Shown one piece after another: positions 13,666 to 28,994 of a stretch of DNA of 64,000 bases. The stretch's first letter is position 1. Every line of letters begins with the position of its first letter. Source of the DNA: Octopus vulgaris (taxonomy: Eukaryota); the NCBI GenBank assembly GCA_951406725.2, contig OX597828.1, forward strand, positions 11,036,001 through 11,100,000, given 5' to 3'. The notes under the pieces were generated by a model. It saw only the letters and a program-made list of their open reading frames with translations. It was not told where the DNA came from and did not search any database. The position numbers were made by a program, and so were the translations under genes.

Positions 13666-14372
13666 TAAATATTATGACCAATGATCCACTTCTCACTGTA
13701 AATTGCTCCATTTCTCATCGTCTCTATATATATTAAAACAAGGACCATACATACTGAGGCAATACCAGAAGTCACAATATATATATATATATATATATGT
13801 TTTTAACATGGGCCCAAGATCTGAGACAGAAGTGAGAGACAAGCGCACTGACTCGCATTTATACAAATACCCATATCTCTATATAAGTATACATCTGCTG
13901 ACACACATACACGTATATGTATATGCAAGCATACTCACACAGACTAAATGTACACCTATTTTACTCATCATAAATTTTACTTCATAGGATCATCTCATTG
14001 GGCCCCTATGATGTTGGATCCCATTTTTCTACAACAATACAAACGAAGCAAAATTGAAATAAATGTGTATCACATTTGGTCCAATACCCTATGTCAAGGT
14101 CAAAAGCATAATTTTATAAGAATTCAATATGAAAAGTGCAATTTTGTAATGAATTTAACAATAGAATGATATGGATATGTGATAAATATTGAAATTACAA
14201 ATATAGTAGTGCAGATCTGATTATATGGTAGAGAGGTGAGTTTCAAAGCCACACCATTGTATAGTCAATCCTTTTTCCGTGACGTCTTAAGCAGTTGTCT
14301 TTTACTTAGATTTCAATGGGAGCAGGCCTGTGGAGTATTATTTCATGGACGGCGATTGAAGGAAAGACTTCG

Positions 14373-14407
<35 letters not shown>

Positions 14408-14569
14408 TTAAATGGATGAATGAATGATCCTTTGTTTGCCGTTAACATGGAAAATTCAATAAACATTTACCAGGGTAGCAACATTTACGCACGTAACACG
14501 GATGAAGTGATCTATTCAAAGGTAAAAACTCCGGGTTAATGTGCAGTAATTTGTGTAGTATAAGTAAAT

Positions 14570-14632
14570 AAATGGAGTTGAACGAAGATGTTATTAAAAT
14601 TCTTTTACTTTCGACATATGTTTCGAAGACAA
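14570..14632 (-). mobile_element. Fragment of the hammerhead-bearing element family seen at 37477-37783
   Basis: aatggagttgaacga...ttcgacatatgtttcgaag matches 37487-37545; only the 3' half (GAAA-CAUAUG-UC) of the ribozyme is retained. Confidence 0.7.
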
Positions 14633-17104
14633 CATTGGTTTTATTCCAAAGGAATAAATATAAATATATACATATATATATATATATATACATGTGTGTG
14701 TATGCGTATACGTATATTTGTATCTCCATGCATATACATATCTATGTGTCTTTAGTGAGTACATGTATGTGTGCGCATGCCTCGAAAGTGATATGTTCAA
14801 AAAGAACTTTATCAGACTACTCATGTTGCTCTTGGGTGAAACAAAATATATGTTGGCGAACCCACAGTTATAGATTATAGGTATATGTATGTGTGCAATT
14901 TGATGCAGAAGAGACATACATATCTCCGGGATTTTGTCTGTAGATATTTTGATCTCCCGACCATTATTTATATTCTTCGCTGATATGTATTTGAGAGATG
15001 TATATATAGAGATACAGACGTATATATATATATATATATATATATGAGTTTTCATTTGTGTGTAACATAGACGAATTTGCACATATTTTCCGTTTTCCAA
15101 AATCGTTTTCTAAAATATTATTCCCCTGGAGAATGTGCTAGAATTCATGTCATCAGAATGCTAAATTCTGCGATAGGAATCGGAATCATGTGATTACGAG
15201 AAGAAACTCTTCACCATACAGCGCTGCAGAATTAATAAACTTGAACCAACAATCTAGAAGCTGTCGTTGTTATCTACTTCATTACTATATCTACTTGTTC
15301 GTCATTTCAAACAGCAATTCGCCGGCTGATCCAATAATTTAATAGGAAGTAGAAATACAAATTCCGCAGCATTTCCAGGACGTTTTATATTGGATAGCAG
15401 TGAGAAAAAAGAGCGTATTTTTCATTGAAGAGATTTGAGATGAAAGATTGGGTGGAACTTTCCTTGTAGGAGGTTCAGGCTGAGCCTCAGCCGCGTTGAG
15501 AAAAGCAAAACGAATCAACTGTTTTATTGCGTCGCTCCAGGTCGATTCTGATTAAGCTACTCTACTGAATTAAAATAGTTATACATTGACTAAGGCAATG
15601 AATAGTCAAGATGCTTAGGACGTTGTATATGATGCCTTGTCTTATCTACTCCCGCTATAAGCTCAAATCTTATCGAGACTATATATTTAAATATATTTAA
15701 ATTGTTTCAGCTTCGAAGCTGCGGCCATGCTGGGGTATACCATTTTTCATCTCGAGGTCGATAGTTAAAGTACTATTCAAGTACTGGAGTCGATTCTTAT
15801 TCCTCGTTCACTTAGAATTAAATATGCTACACTATGAGGCGTGGGAAACTACACACAGTGGCTGTGGCATTACAGATACTAGAAGACTCTTTGGCGATAA
15901 TTTACAATTCTCCAAAATGCTCTGAACAGCCGCCTACACTCAAAGAGCTGCTACTTGGTGAAGATGACGCTTATGGTGATGATCGTCATTACAATACTCA
16001 TGGTTTTGATCATCTCCATATTCATCTTCATCGTCATCATCACTATGATCATCATCGCCATCACCAACATCAGTATCAGTATCATCATCATCTTGGTGAT
16101 GATGATGATGATGATGATATACATCCATCAATTTCTGCAAATTATCTGTGTTAATGATTGTAGAAAATGGCGGATAACACATGTTGATTAGTGATTGGTT
16201 AAAAGGAGTTAATGAACAAAGACAGCTTAGTTACTGTTGTTGTTCTTGTTCGTTACCACCATCTCAGGTCAAGTCAATTCTCATCGTTTACACTTGAGAT
16301 CAAATGGTTTCAGCCACAACTGCCTTGCTTTTTCATGTCATCTTTGTGTCTAAATTTAACAAAGTGTTTCACAACGCTATGTACTCTCCCTCACTAGAGA
16401 TGGTCTGGAATGTCCGAGTGAGTACAAGGCCGATGGGATCCGTCCTCATTTAGAGGACGGATCCCATCTCAATTAGAAATCCAGTTTAGGTAAAGCTTGC
16501 GTTTAAAAATAGGTTAGAAGCAAAATATACCATCGAGTTGCGTTGCTTGAAGTAGCAGCTATATATCTCTCGAATTAAACATTAACACTCCCGACCAATA
16601 AATAAGAAGAAAAAAAGAAGTGCCATATAGGATAATGGTCGTCTACGATACATTGTGTAAAGAAACAAATAGATGAAAATGGAATAGTCACGGCTGGAAC
16701 GCTTTTGGTTTTAATCTGTCTGATTAGAGTTTAATTGGAGCTAAACAAGAACAACAGTCATCACAAAACTACAAACAGCACCACCAAAAAAAAAAAACAA
16801 GAATAATAACAACTACAGCAGTAAATATAACACCATAGCATCACAACAATAAGAGCAACATTTAAACATCATAACACCATCGGCACCGACACCAAAAATA
16901 ACAATAACAACAAGAACAACCTCGCCAGAAATGCATTGATTTCTTAACGAAAAAAGAAATCCTGATTTTCCACCATCGAATAATTTTCCTTTTCCTAATG
17001 CAACTGATACTGTTACAAATGTGATGCCACTCTGTCTGCAATTGATTGCAAGTGCACTCAGGCTGCATGTTATTTAACTGCTAGTTGCAACGCTACCAGT
17101 GAGC

Positions 17105-17118
17105 AGCACATACATACA

Positions 17119-17154
<36 letters not shown>

Positions 17155-17347
17155 TATATGTATGTATATACTATTATATAGTAGTGTATGCATAAGCCTA
17201 TATATATATATGTGTGTGTATGTATGTATATTTATATATACATATATATATATATGTATATATTATTATATAGAAGTGTATGCATATGTATATATATATA
17301 CATATGTACATATATATATCTATATACTATTATATTGAAGTGAATGC

Positions 17348-17389
<42 letters not shown>

Positions 17390-17445
17390 CACACACACAC
17401 ATATATATATATATATACGTATACATATATATATATATACACATC

Positions 17446-17479
<34 letters not shown>

Positions 17480-17514
17480 CATATATATTCATACATATAA
17501 ATATATATACAGAA

Positions 17515-17555
<41 letters not shown>

Positions 17556-17605
17556 AATACATATATGTATATACATATATGTATATGAAATATATATACA
17601 CACAC
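17105..17605. repeat. Compound (TACA)n/(TA)n low-complexity block
   Basis: Direct observation. Confidence 0.9.
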
Positions 17606-18698
17606 ACGCACCGTGTTATATGGCCTTATTTTTATGGATTTGATGATTGTTTATTTATTATTTTTACTAATTAAGATGGACACTGACACTACATTTTTCT
17701 TTGTCTAATTTCATTTGCCATGGTTTTCCTCTATTTAATCTTCTACCTTTTTTTCTTTTTTCGTATCACATCTTCGCCTCTACTTCGTTCTCTACATCTT
17801 CACCCTTTTCCTCTCTACCGTCTTTATTGTTTTGCTTCTTTTCCTTATTTCTATTATTATAATTTTTCTTCTTCCTCTTTCGTTCCTTTCCTTCTCCTTT
17901 CGTTCCTTTCGTTCCTCTTCTTGTACTATTTCTTTTTCGTCTTTTCCTTTTTCCTTCTTCCTTTTTCCGTTTTATTATTCTCTGTCATCTATTCTTCCAT
18001 ATTTTTCTTACACACCCTCCGTAAACACTCTCGCATTTTTAATTCATTTCTTTCTTTTTCTCTAACATCCTTTTCTCTTTCCTCCAGAAACCCATTCTTT
18101 CTTCTTCCTTCCCTCTCCCCCACTCTCTCCCCATCAGTCCTTCTTTAATTCACTCATTTTCTCACTTCACCTACACATACATCAAAATGTGTCGTATCTA
18201 AAATATAACGCCCTCTATCATTTAATCTTTCTCATTTACTATGTGTTGTCTCTCACATTTATTCTCTTACTCTTCTTCTAATTCTCTCTCTTTTTTTCCT
18301 TCATCATTTCTTTGTCTGCCAGTTTCTAGCTCTTTCCCTGTTTTCCCTTCTATCATTCCAAATTTGTCCGTGAATCAACGACTGTGTTTCATTCTCATTT
18401 TCAAACAAAATTCCCCAATTTCTATATCTTTTCCTCACATTTCTCACTATCTGTTTTGTTTTCGTTTTTACTGTCTTACAGCACATACGTCTATATGTAT
18501 AAACCTATGTATGTAGCACGCAATAAATACATATATATGCATATATATACGTACGTTTCAAAAGTATGTATGTATGAATGTATGTACGCATGTATCCATG
18601 CATCCATGTACGTATTTATGTATGCATGCATGTATGTATGTGTATATGTGTGTGTATGTATGCTTGCATGCATGTATGTATGTATAGATGTATGTATT

Positions 18699-18786
<88 letters not shown>

Positions 18787-19573
18787 ATTTTATGCATGTA
18801 TTTATTTATATATGTATTTATGTATGCATGTATCTATGTATGGTACGCATGTATGTATGTATATATGTATACATGTATGTATTTATGTATGTATGTATTT
18901 ATGTATGTATGTATGTATGTATGTATGTATTTATGTATGAATGTATATATTTATGTATGTGTGTATGTATGTATGTACTTATGTATGTATGTATGTATGA
19001 ATGTATGTATGCATGTATGTACGTACATACGTTTCTCTTTCTCTCACTTCCTCTTGCATGCCTCCTAATCATGATGTACCATGGATTTATTTTTGGTCGT
19101 ATATTTCCTATGAATGTGGCTGTCTCTACATGTGTGTACAATGAGATGTTCAGATTCGATCTGCGTAATTCATATTCTTTCTCTGCTTGTCACTCTCTCA
19201 TTCATGTTCCCTCTATCGTTCTCGCAGTTTCTCCCCCCTCCCGCCGGTCACTTTCTTTCTTGTTCTCCCCTTCCCTTCCATCCCTTCAAATCCACTTACA
19301 AAACCATGATCAGTAAAAGAAAACAAAAACGTTTTCCAATTAAACATTTCCTTTTTATTTATTTTCTTTAAATTGACCTTGATGTAGTAATCTATACTCC
19401 CACACATATCCAATCATGCACAGACATATGCTATGTGTATGTATGAATATATATTCACGTGTATATCTCCATACATACATTCATCCAGGTCTAAATATAC
19501 GCTTTTAAATGCTGCTGTTCATGTATTCATGCGTATAGGCATTCATACATAGATCGTACATCCATCCATATAT

Positions 19574-19972
<399 letters not shown>

Positions 19973-19974
19973 TC

Positions 19975-20175
19975 TTTTCTACTATAGGCACATAGCCTGA
20001 AATTTAGTGGGAGAGGGCCAATCGATTAGATCGACCCAAGTACGCAACTGGTACTTAATTTATTGACCCCGTAAGGATGAAAGACAAAGTCGATCTCGGC
20101 GGAATTTGAACTCAGAACATAAAGACAGACGAAATACTGGTAAGCATTTCGTCCAGCGTGCTAACGATTCTGCCA
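19975..20175 (-). mobile_element. SINE family B
   Basis: Reverse complement of head tggcagaatcgttagcacgctgg, core, and tail tgtgcctatagtagaaa. Confidence 0.85.
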
Positions 20176-20272
20176 AAATATATATATATATATATATGAA
20201 TATGTATATGTATGTACTTATATATGTATGTATATATATATATGTGTGTGTATGTATATATACATATATATA

Positions 20273-20495
20273 TGGAGGCGCGTGGCTTAGTGGTTAGGGT
20301 GTCAGCTTCATGATCGTAAGATTATGGTTTCGATTCCTGGACCGGGAGACGCGTTGTGTTCTTGAGCAAAACACTTCATTTCACGTTGCTCCAGTCCACT
20401 CAGTTGGCAAAAAGGAGTAACGCTGCGATGGAACAGATACGCCATAGAAACCGGGAAACCGGGCATTCATGTAACCCTAGCTAGGCTATAAAAAC
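20273..20495 (+). mobile_element. tRNA-derived SINE (family C-related)
   Basis: ggaggcgcgtggcttagtggttagg A-box, ggtttcgattcc B-box, gaaaccgggaaaccggg tail shared with 21121 and 33049. Confidence 0.8.
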
Positions 20496-20542
20496 GTATT
20501 CATGTATATATATATATATGTATATGTATATTTATTTATGTA

Positions 20543-20629
<87 letters not shown>

Positions 20630-21007
20630 CGTGTATATATATATGCATGTATTTATATATATACATATGTGTGTGTGTGTATATCTATATATTTATATGC
20701 ATGTGTATGAGCACACGCGCGCGTTTGTGCGTATGTGAGTGTGTGTGTGTACACAACCATAAATTTTATAACGAACAAAGTACACATCTGAACAATTTAT
20801 TTCACCAGGTTGATTGCTTACACTAAGAGCTGTTTGCTTCTTTGAAATTTTGTTCTTGTTTTAGCTATATATATATATAGCAATATGGTTTATATTGCGC
20901 CCAGTTGCCCACAATAATGATGTGCTATATATAGCTAGCTATCTATCTATCCATCTAGATACATACATGCTTACATAAAACCATACATAAATACATACAT
21001 ACATACA

Positions 21008-21039
<32 letters not shown>

Positions 21040-21120
21040 CATACATACATACGTATGTATGTATATCTTAGAAAGATACCTTTTGTAGGAGATGGTCAAG
21101 AGTAATTTCCAAATTTTATA

Positions 21121-21425
21121 GTGGAGGCACATGGCCTAGTGGTTAGAGCAGCGGGCACGCGGTCGAGGGATCGCCGGTTCGAATCTCAGACCGGGCGATG
21201 TGTGTGTTTATGAGCGAAACACCTAAGACCCATGAGTCTCCGGCAGAAGGTAATGGCGAAATTCTGCTGACTCTTTCGCCTCAACTTTCTTTCACTCTTT
21301 CCTCCTGCATCTTGCAGCTCACCTGCGACGCACCGGCGTCCCGTCCAGGTGGGGAACCTATGCGTCAAGGAAACCGGGAAACTGGCCCTTATGAGCCAGA
21401 GATGGCTCGAGAAGGAACAAACTAA
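21121..21425 (+). mobile_element. tRNA-derived SINE family C
   Basis: TGGCCTAGTGGTTAG A-box, GGTTCGAATCT B-box; homologous to 33049-33352. Confidence 0.9.
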
Positions 21426-21528
21426 ACATAAAACCATACATACATACATACATACATACATACATACATACATACATACATACATACATACATACATACA
21501 TACATACATACATACATACATACATACA

Positions 21529-21559
<31 letters not shown>

Positions 21560-22139
21560 GCATGCATGCATGCATGCATGCATGCATGCATACATACATA
21601 CATACATACATACATACATACATACATACATACATACATGCATGCATGCATGCATGCATGCATGCATATACATACATACGTATGTATGTATATCTTACAA
21701 AGATATCTTTTGTAGGAGATGGTCAGGAGTAATTTCCAAATTCTATGAATAGTATGAGTTCGCTGAAACAACCTGGATTGCCCAGAGTAATGCATTTCAA
21801 CAGCAAAGACAAAATAAGGGTCTACCAAATAATATACAAAACCAGTGTTTAGTTTACTAAGATTCTCCTTGCTTCGAGAGGGACTAAACAAATGTTTAAT
21901 GGTAATTGCTACCAGCTACATTTGAAGACAGAATCTCGAGAATGAAGAATTCTTGGAATCGATATGTCATTAAAGAAGAGACAGCTTGTTTGTTTGTTTG
22001 TTTGTTTGTTTGTTTGTTTGTTCCATTTTGTTCTTGCTGTGTTTGTTTCTTTGTTTTTTTTTTCTGGAGACAAGAGGAAAATAGTGGGTAGGTGTCTCCA
22101 CCCCGACAAAAGTAAAAGAAGAACGTAGCCGGAAGCAGA

Positions 22140-22585
22140 TGAAGTAAAAGAAGAAGAAGAAGAAGAAGAAGAAGAAGAAGAAGAAGAGAAGGAGAAGGAG
22201 AAGAGAAGAAGAAGAAGAAGAAGAAGAAGAAGGAGGAGGAGGAGGAGGAGGAGGAGGGGGGAGGGGCGGAGGGCAGGGGTGGATGATAAGAAGAAGGAAG
22301 AGGAGGAGGAGGGGGAGAAGAAGGAGAAGGAGAAGATGAAGAAGGAGGAGGAGAAGGAGAAATTGAAGAAGGAGGGGAGGGGAAGGAGGGGGAGAAGGAG
22401 GAGAAGAAGAAGAAGAAGAAGAAGAAGAAGAGGAGGAGGAGGAAGCGGAGGAGGAGGGTGTGGGGGGAGAAGAGGAAGGAGGAATAGAAGAAGGATAAGA
22501 AGAAGAAGAAATTGAAGAAGAAGAAGAAGAAGAACAACAACAACAACAACAACAACAACAAGAACAAGAACAAGAACAAGAAGAA
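22140..22585. repeat. Polypurine (GAA/GGA)n compound tract ending in (AAC)n
   Basis: Direct observation. Confidence 0.95.
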
Positions 22586-23119
22586 GCGCTTTATTCACTA
22601 AATTGTGATGCTACTACAGCCACAATTTTTCCGCCATAATCGAAAAGTGCATAATTCAAAAAATATAAAATCATTATGAAGAGAAAATATTTTGTATTTC
22701 ATTTTGCTTTAACGTTTCTCGGCGGACGTTTTCCGGCGTTTTGACAGGCTAAAAGAGAGCAGTGTTTTCCGACAGCGTCCTCCTGATTTCTTAGAGTGAA
22801 GCAAGTTTAGTTACACAGTCAAGAATAAACACACCCACTGTGATTTATTTGCTTAAAAGAAGATGCTTTTTTCTTATATTTTATTTTAAATAACTCGAGC
22901 TTCCTGATGTATGTTTAACCTACTGAGACAAATTAAAGGTAGATAACATAAAAATTTGGAAACAAATGTCAAGCGCACGATGACACTTGGGCCTGATAAA
23001 ATTAAGAATGTTGCTTTCAGTAAATGGAAAACAATACAACTAGATAGCTATAGAATCACATACACAACACGTGCAGATGCATATACGCAAATATACATAT
23101 ATCTATGTACTCTTACTAT

Positions 23120-23547
23120 TCTTACTTGTTTCAGTCATTTGACTGTGGCCATGCTGGAGCACCGCCTTTAGTCGAGCACATCGACCCCTAGGACTTATTC
23201 TTTGTAAGCCTTGTACTCGTTCTATCGGTCTCTTTTGCCGAACCGCTAAGTTACGGGTACGTAAACACACCAGCATCGGTTGTCAAGCGAAGTTAGGGGG
23301 ACAAACCCAGACACACGAACATACACACACATACACACACACACGCGCGCACACACACAAACACACACACATATATATATACATATATACGACGGGTTTC
23401 TTTCAGTTTCCGTCTACCAAATCCACTCACAAGGCTTTGGTCGGCCCGAGGCTATAGCAGAAGACATTTGCCCAAGGTACCACGCAGTGGGAATGAACCC
23501 GGAACCATGTGGTTGGTAAGCAATCTACTTACCACACACCCACTCCT
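23120..23547 (-). mobile_element. SINE family A
   Basis: High identity to other family A copies. Confidence 0.92.
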
Positions 23548-23664
23548 GAGGTACATATACATGTTTGCGTGAGCGAGAGGGTGGGGGGGTTGTGCATTGT
23601 GTTGACTCAAATGTACTGCAATATTTTGGTTACTTATTTGCTTGTATTCGTCAAGTTCCCAAGT

Positions 23665-24350
23665 ACCGATAAAGGCAGCCTAGTATTCAAGGTAAAGGCC
23701 ATCGTGTTGTGAGGTCTGAAGCCACCTTTCTTCTAGTTTTCTGATCCTATGCTGATACCAGTTTTTACCCTTCGAGGCTAAACAAGAACAACAGTAATCA
23801 CAAAACTACAAACAGCACCAAAAAGAAACAAGAATAATAACAACTACAGCAGTAAATATAACACCATAGCATCACAACGACCAATAACAAAAATAAGAGC
23901 AACATTTAAACATCATAACACCATCGGCACCGACACCAAAAAATAACAACAACAACAAGAACAACCTCTAACATATCGCCAGAAATGCATTCACGGTCAT
24001 TTGGTTGATGCAGGTAGTGAACCATGGATCCGAACAAGAGATATTCCGAGAGACGTAGGTCAGGACTCTATGCTGGTCGTAATACTCTCAAGTTCGTGGA
24101 ATTTATGTCAGGTTGTTCGAACTTGCGTTGTTTTGCAGCAGATGAACTCGCTCTCCGTTAACCAAAGCCGAGTATTTTTACTGCAAAAAGGTATTTATCT
24201 GTTCCAGAGTACAGGTGGTATCGATTGTTCGACAATCCTGAACGAACTCATTAGGCATTATCGTTTCATAGTTCCATCAGACGCAGAGCATCACCTTGTG
24301 TCGAAAGCGCCCATAACTGGCGAAAAGTTCCGGAAGCTGACCCTTGCTTA
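23665..24350 (-). mobile_element. Decayed mariner, interrupted at about 23777-23991
   Basis: KVMLCV*WNYE, SPDLRLSEYLLF and KNWYQHRIRKLEERWLQT...DGLYLE are readable on the minus strand. Confidence 0.7.
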
Positions 24351-24394
24351 ACCACTGCTAATGTACGTTAGGACTGCCTGAACAATATTTCCCT

Positions 24395-24560
24395 CGGATT
24401 ATTACTTGTCTCCTAATTCATGGCGCACTTCCGGCGTTCTCATGGCTTCTTCAACCAAGAAGTTGAATGTTCAGTGAAGGAGTTTTTCACTCCGAAGGAC
24501 AAGAACTGGTATTCCGTGGGATCAAAGAACTGGTAGAAAGGTGACTTCCGTCTGTACAAC
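24395..24560 (+). mobile_element. Mariner transposase C-terminal fragment
   Basis: SDYYL...FNQEVECSVKEFFTPKDKNWY/RGIKELVER. Confidence 0.6.
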
Positions 24561-25207
24561 TCATGTTTCTACATAAGTCATAAAAGAATTCGTTTTACCG
24601 AGATGTATATGTCTGGAGCATCAACGAATTGTAGAAATATTTATTAAACCCAATATTTGAACTCAGTAATCGCCCCAAAAGTCGAAGACATTTGGTGGGT
24701 TAAAATTTGGGCAATATAAGCGGGATCCAAATTATATCACCTCAACCAGTTGCGCTTCTGCTGAACTTAGAATGAAGGGTGCTGCTAAGTCTATCATTTA
24801 TACTAGGAATGTATTTGAATATTTCTACTTTACAATTCTAGGGGTGGGTACATCACTGTCAATTAACATCGACAGGGCGTGTGAAAATGAATCCACTGCC
24901 TCAATCCTTCAGATGTTAGAAATTGCACTTAAATCTCGCTCATATCATATCTCGCCTAACAAAGATAGGATTTTCATAAACGAAACGCCTTCTGCTTCAA
25001 AGGTTACGAAACAGGAAAAATAAAACATCGATGAAAGTATATGAAGCGGAATGGGCAAGTTGGTGAAACACTCATTTTTTGTAGTTATTTACTCGCTTAA
25101 ATTCAAAGCGCTTTGTGACGGTATATATCAGTAAAGAAATCTCAGATTTGTTACGATTTGCAACCTAGCCACATACCTACTTTTTAAAAAGTAAGTATGT
25201 TGCTGTA

Positions 25208-25465
25208 TACAGGGTCCTGAAATAAATTGAAACCAATTTTATTCAGTTGACTTAGTGGGTTTAACATTTCATTTTTTGACAAAACCTTGCTTACTTGAAC
25301 ATCTAATCCTCCTCTTTATTTTTCAGGTAAATAGCGAACTGATTCGACAACAGAAAGTCATGGAATAACAGAATTGTTGTTTTAGCGCCCCCACACACTG
25401 CTAATAAAATTAAGTTGACAGGACTTCCAAAATCAATAGTTTATCGTGTGTATAAGACCCTGTAA
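25208..25465 (+). mobile_element. Possible Tc1-like element 5' end
   Basis: TACAGGGTCC TIR-like start; degenerate HTH KLTGLPKSIVYRVYK. Confidence 0.4.
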
Positions 25466-27819
25466 AAGCTAAGAAACACAGCTTCTCCCCTATCGTGCAG
25501 TCAACCGCAAAATCTTTTACAATCAGAACTCTGTTCTGTTGAGGACTGCTGCCAAACGTCCTTTGACCTCCGTTTATTGTCAGTCACCTTTGCCACATAC
25601 GTCTTCCATCTGCGAAAGACGCATCCTATAATTTAGGTATGTTAATCCGGATATGGACCTCTTACTGGTCACTACCAGATGCTGGAAACTCATCTCAGAA
25701 CTCGCCAGGAGCAGATATGTGTCTTGATGAAGTAGCTAAATACTGAAGACATCAAGATGTCAAAACATTTTAAAACACTCTTCCAAGACATACTGTGTTC
25801 GAAATATTAGCTGGTGTTTCTTTCCCTAAAAATCTTTCTAACATACGTAATTTTCCTTTTCTTTATAGTTTTAACCTACCAGCAGTTACATTACTCTGGC
25901 GCTGCTTTCAAAGCTAAAGGGTGGTTCACTATGATACATATTTAGAGGTATTTTGACTGATTATTTGAGAATGAGTTACCCATCAGGGACGTAGTTTGGG
26001 TGCAGTCACTGGCTGTGTTATCATAATGAACTGAACCTATTAATTTAACATAAATATAATCAGAGTCATACAAAGTTTAGGCTATTTTTAAATAGGATAC
26101 GGCTTCAAAATCAGTTAATCTTTGCTTCTCGGTGCATCTTGTTTGATTTGAAAAATGTTACGCAGTAGTGTAAGGAAAAGTACTATTTGTGGAGGGTGGC
26201 ACTTATCAGGCATACACAGAAAGTATGCCCCTTCTAACCGTTGCCCCAATGCTGCATTGCCGTCAAGAGAAAATTAATGATTTTTTTACGTAGACCTGCA
26301 ATTCTACCGACATGATCCTAAATGAAGGTGATACAAATATTTTAGCTGATACATATTTTACAATTGTATCAATACAAAAAAACATACATTCCTAGAAGAC
26401 TTTAAAAGAAGACATAGAAAACCTGAGTGAAAGAACGTTCGTTCCATTTTTAAACAATCTAATATAAGTGAAATGAAAAACCAGCAGCTTACTGACAACT
26501 TCTTAGATATCAGAATCTTTTCAAACAAAATATCAAGAGGCCATTTCTAATAAGCATCGATAAAGAACTTGCTACAAAGAAATAATCTATCACGTTGTCT
26601 AAGACATTCAACACAGATACTTATTTTAACGAAAAGTAACTTTTCTATTTTCTCCTTGGTGGAAATGACCAGAAATGCCGAGAGCAAAACATAAACTTTT
26701 CTCGATTCAGATAAGTTACACGTTCCTAAAGCGGTTGTTTTGATGTTTGCTGATAATTTAAACTATATGACCACAGTTCAACACAATCTTTGTATCAGCA
26801 TTTTATTATTGGAAGCTTTTGTTTTCATTTCCCATTATATACACATAGAGATAGGATAGACTGTCTTACGGTTTCAAGTTTTAATTCTTTGTGATTCAGA
26901 CACATTACAATGCTAAAATAAAATTCACAACATTTATTGTGCAAACTAAGTAAATCATTAAAAAAAAGGAAGTATATTTATCCACAAATTCACTCGCTCA
27001 ATATTTACTTATCTCGACTGAATGTCATAGAGTTCATTGTATAAAAACTTTTCCTAATCAATTCTTGTTGTTGTTTAACCCCAGGTCAACTTTGATTGAG
27101 TAGACCTATAATTAAAGGTATTCCAGCAGCGATTATCTCGTCTTTTGTTACACATAGAACTAAATTGTCTAAAGTGTCATTCCAGTTTCCAGACGATGTG
27201 CGATGTTTTTCTTTAACTGCTTCTTCATGCAAATAAAGCAACCATGACTTTCCTTCGATGTTTCTTTCTTAATCAGTTCTACCCAGCGATCTGTGATAAG
27301 GATCCGTCTGATTTTACAGCAACATTCTTTAAGGTATACTATAATAGATTTTATAAAATCAACGCTGAAAGCTAAGAGATGTCTCGTGAACGAGGCACCG
27401 AATGTTTCAAGAACTAGTTTGATTTCTTAGAATGATAATCAGCACAACTCACTCAGGGATACCAACGAGGTATTTCTGAGTGACCTGCTAGAAATAACAG
27501 TCAAATATCCTCTAAATACAAACTGTTTGCTCAAAGAAACACGTTAAATAATGTAAGGTAAGGCACACGGTACGGTCGACATCAACCACCGCCCAGTTTA
27601 ATACCAACGTCTTGCACAGTGATGCTTGAGACATACTTCACTCTGTTTGATGCATTGGCGATCCTGATCAGAGAGTATCTTCCTGCCTTCCTCCCATTAT
27701 ACTCGAAGACTCAGAAAGCGGTCATAGGTGTTGAACCTTCCTTAGTTTATCTTTAAGAATGCTTTTGTAAAAAAATAAATTACCTGTAATATACTACTGA
27801 CCGAATCATCACCACAACA

Positions 27820-28205
27820 GAGAAAGTGCTTAGTGGCATGTTGCCCGTCTTCATGCCCTGAGTTCCAATTCTTCCGAGAGTGACTTCAATTTTCATCCTT
27901 CTAGGTTCGATAAAATGGGGCCCAGTTGAACACGGGAGTGGATGTAATCCACTCGTCCCCTCCCACTGAATTTCAGGCTTTGTGTGTCTTGTAGACAGAA
28001 AGAATGCGAAGAATTTTAATGGAAATGGTTAGGTCAAATGCTATCAAATCTCAGTAGTTGATTGATACTTCTTTTCATCGACCCTGAAGGGATGAAAGCC
28101 AAAACTGAGCTTCGTTAGATTTGAACGGAGTATCTAAAGAGTTAGAAAGCACGCTACGAGGTATTTTCTTACCTCCAACACGCTAATGATTCAGCCAGGT
28201 CATCG
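27820..28205. mobile_element. Two old SINE family B relics in opposite orientation
   Basis: ttttcatccttctaggttcgataaaatg (+) and atcgaccctgaagggatgaaagcc (-). Confidence 0.55.
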
Positions 28206-28415
28206 CATTAACCTTATATCTTTCATAATAACGTACTGGGTATTGTACATTGCCTCGGGGGCAGCAGGCGAGTACGGGGATGCAGGTGCTCAATGAAAAA
28301 ATGCATTGAACCTGCTCCTGGAAAACTTCATGGGCAAAACAAACGAGTGGAGAGACGCTTTTTGAACTGAATTACTTTTCCATTATTGGATTTATCTGAT
28401 TTCAGTGATGTATAG

Positions 28416-28523
<108 letters not shown>

Positions 28524-28537
28524 TAATAATAATAAGA

Positions 28538-28760
28538 GGTATGATAAAAAAATATTCAGACAAATACATAACAAAAACACCAGGACTTACAAACACATAT
28601 AACATACAGAAAATTGCACTACTAGGCACTGCACACATCCTACGCAGAACACTTTCCATACAATAACCATCAGAGCATCACAACGAATCACAGCGCATAC
28701 CCAAGGCACACAGAGCTGCGCTCGGTAGTGAAGTGAAAGCACGCTATAAAAATAAAACTA

Positions 28761-28765
<5 letters not shown>
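28538..28765 (+). mobile_element. 3' end of R4/Dong-clade non-LTR retrotransposon inside (TAA)n
   Basis: GMIKKYSDKYITKTPGLTNTYNIQKIALLGTAHILRRTLSIQ* followed by a 3'UTR; (TAA)n on both sides (28420-28535, 28764-28857). Confidence 0.85.
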
Positions 28766-28852
<87 letters not shown>

Positions 28853-28893
28853 TAATAGAACTGCTCTCTCACTCAATAATAATAATAATAATA

Positions 28894-28994
<101 letters not shown>

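Noticed and set aside
21121-21200. tRNA-like sequences with A/B boxes (also 33049, 20273, 5585)
   Set aside because: They continue into SINE bodies and lack a complete cloverleaf; SINE heads, not tRNA genes
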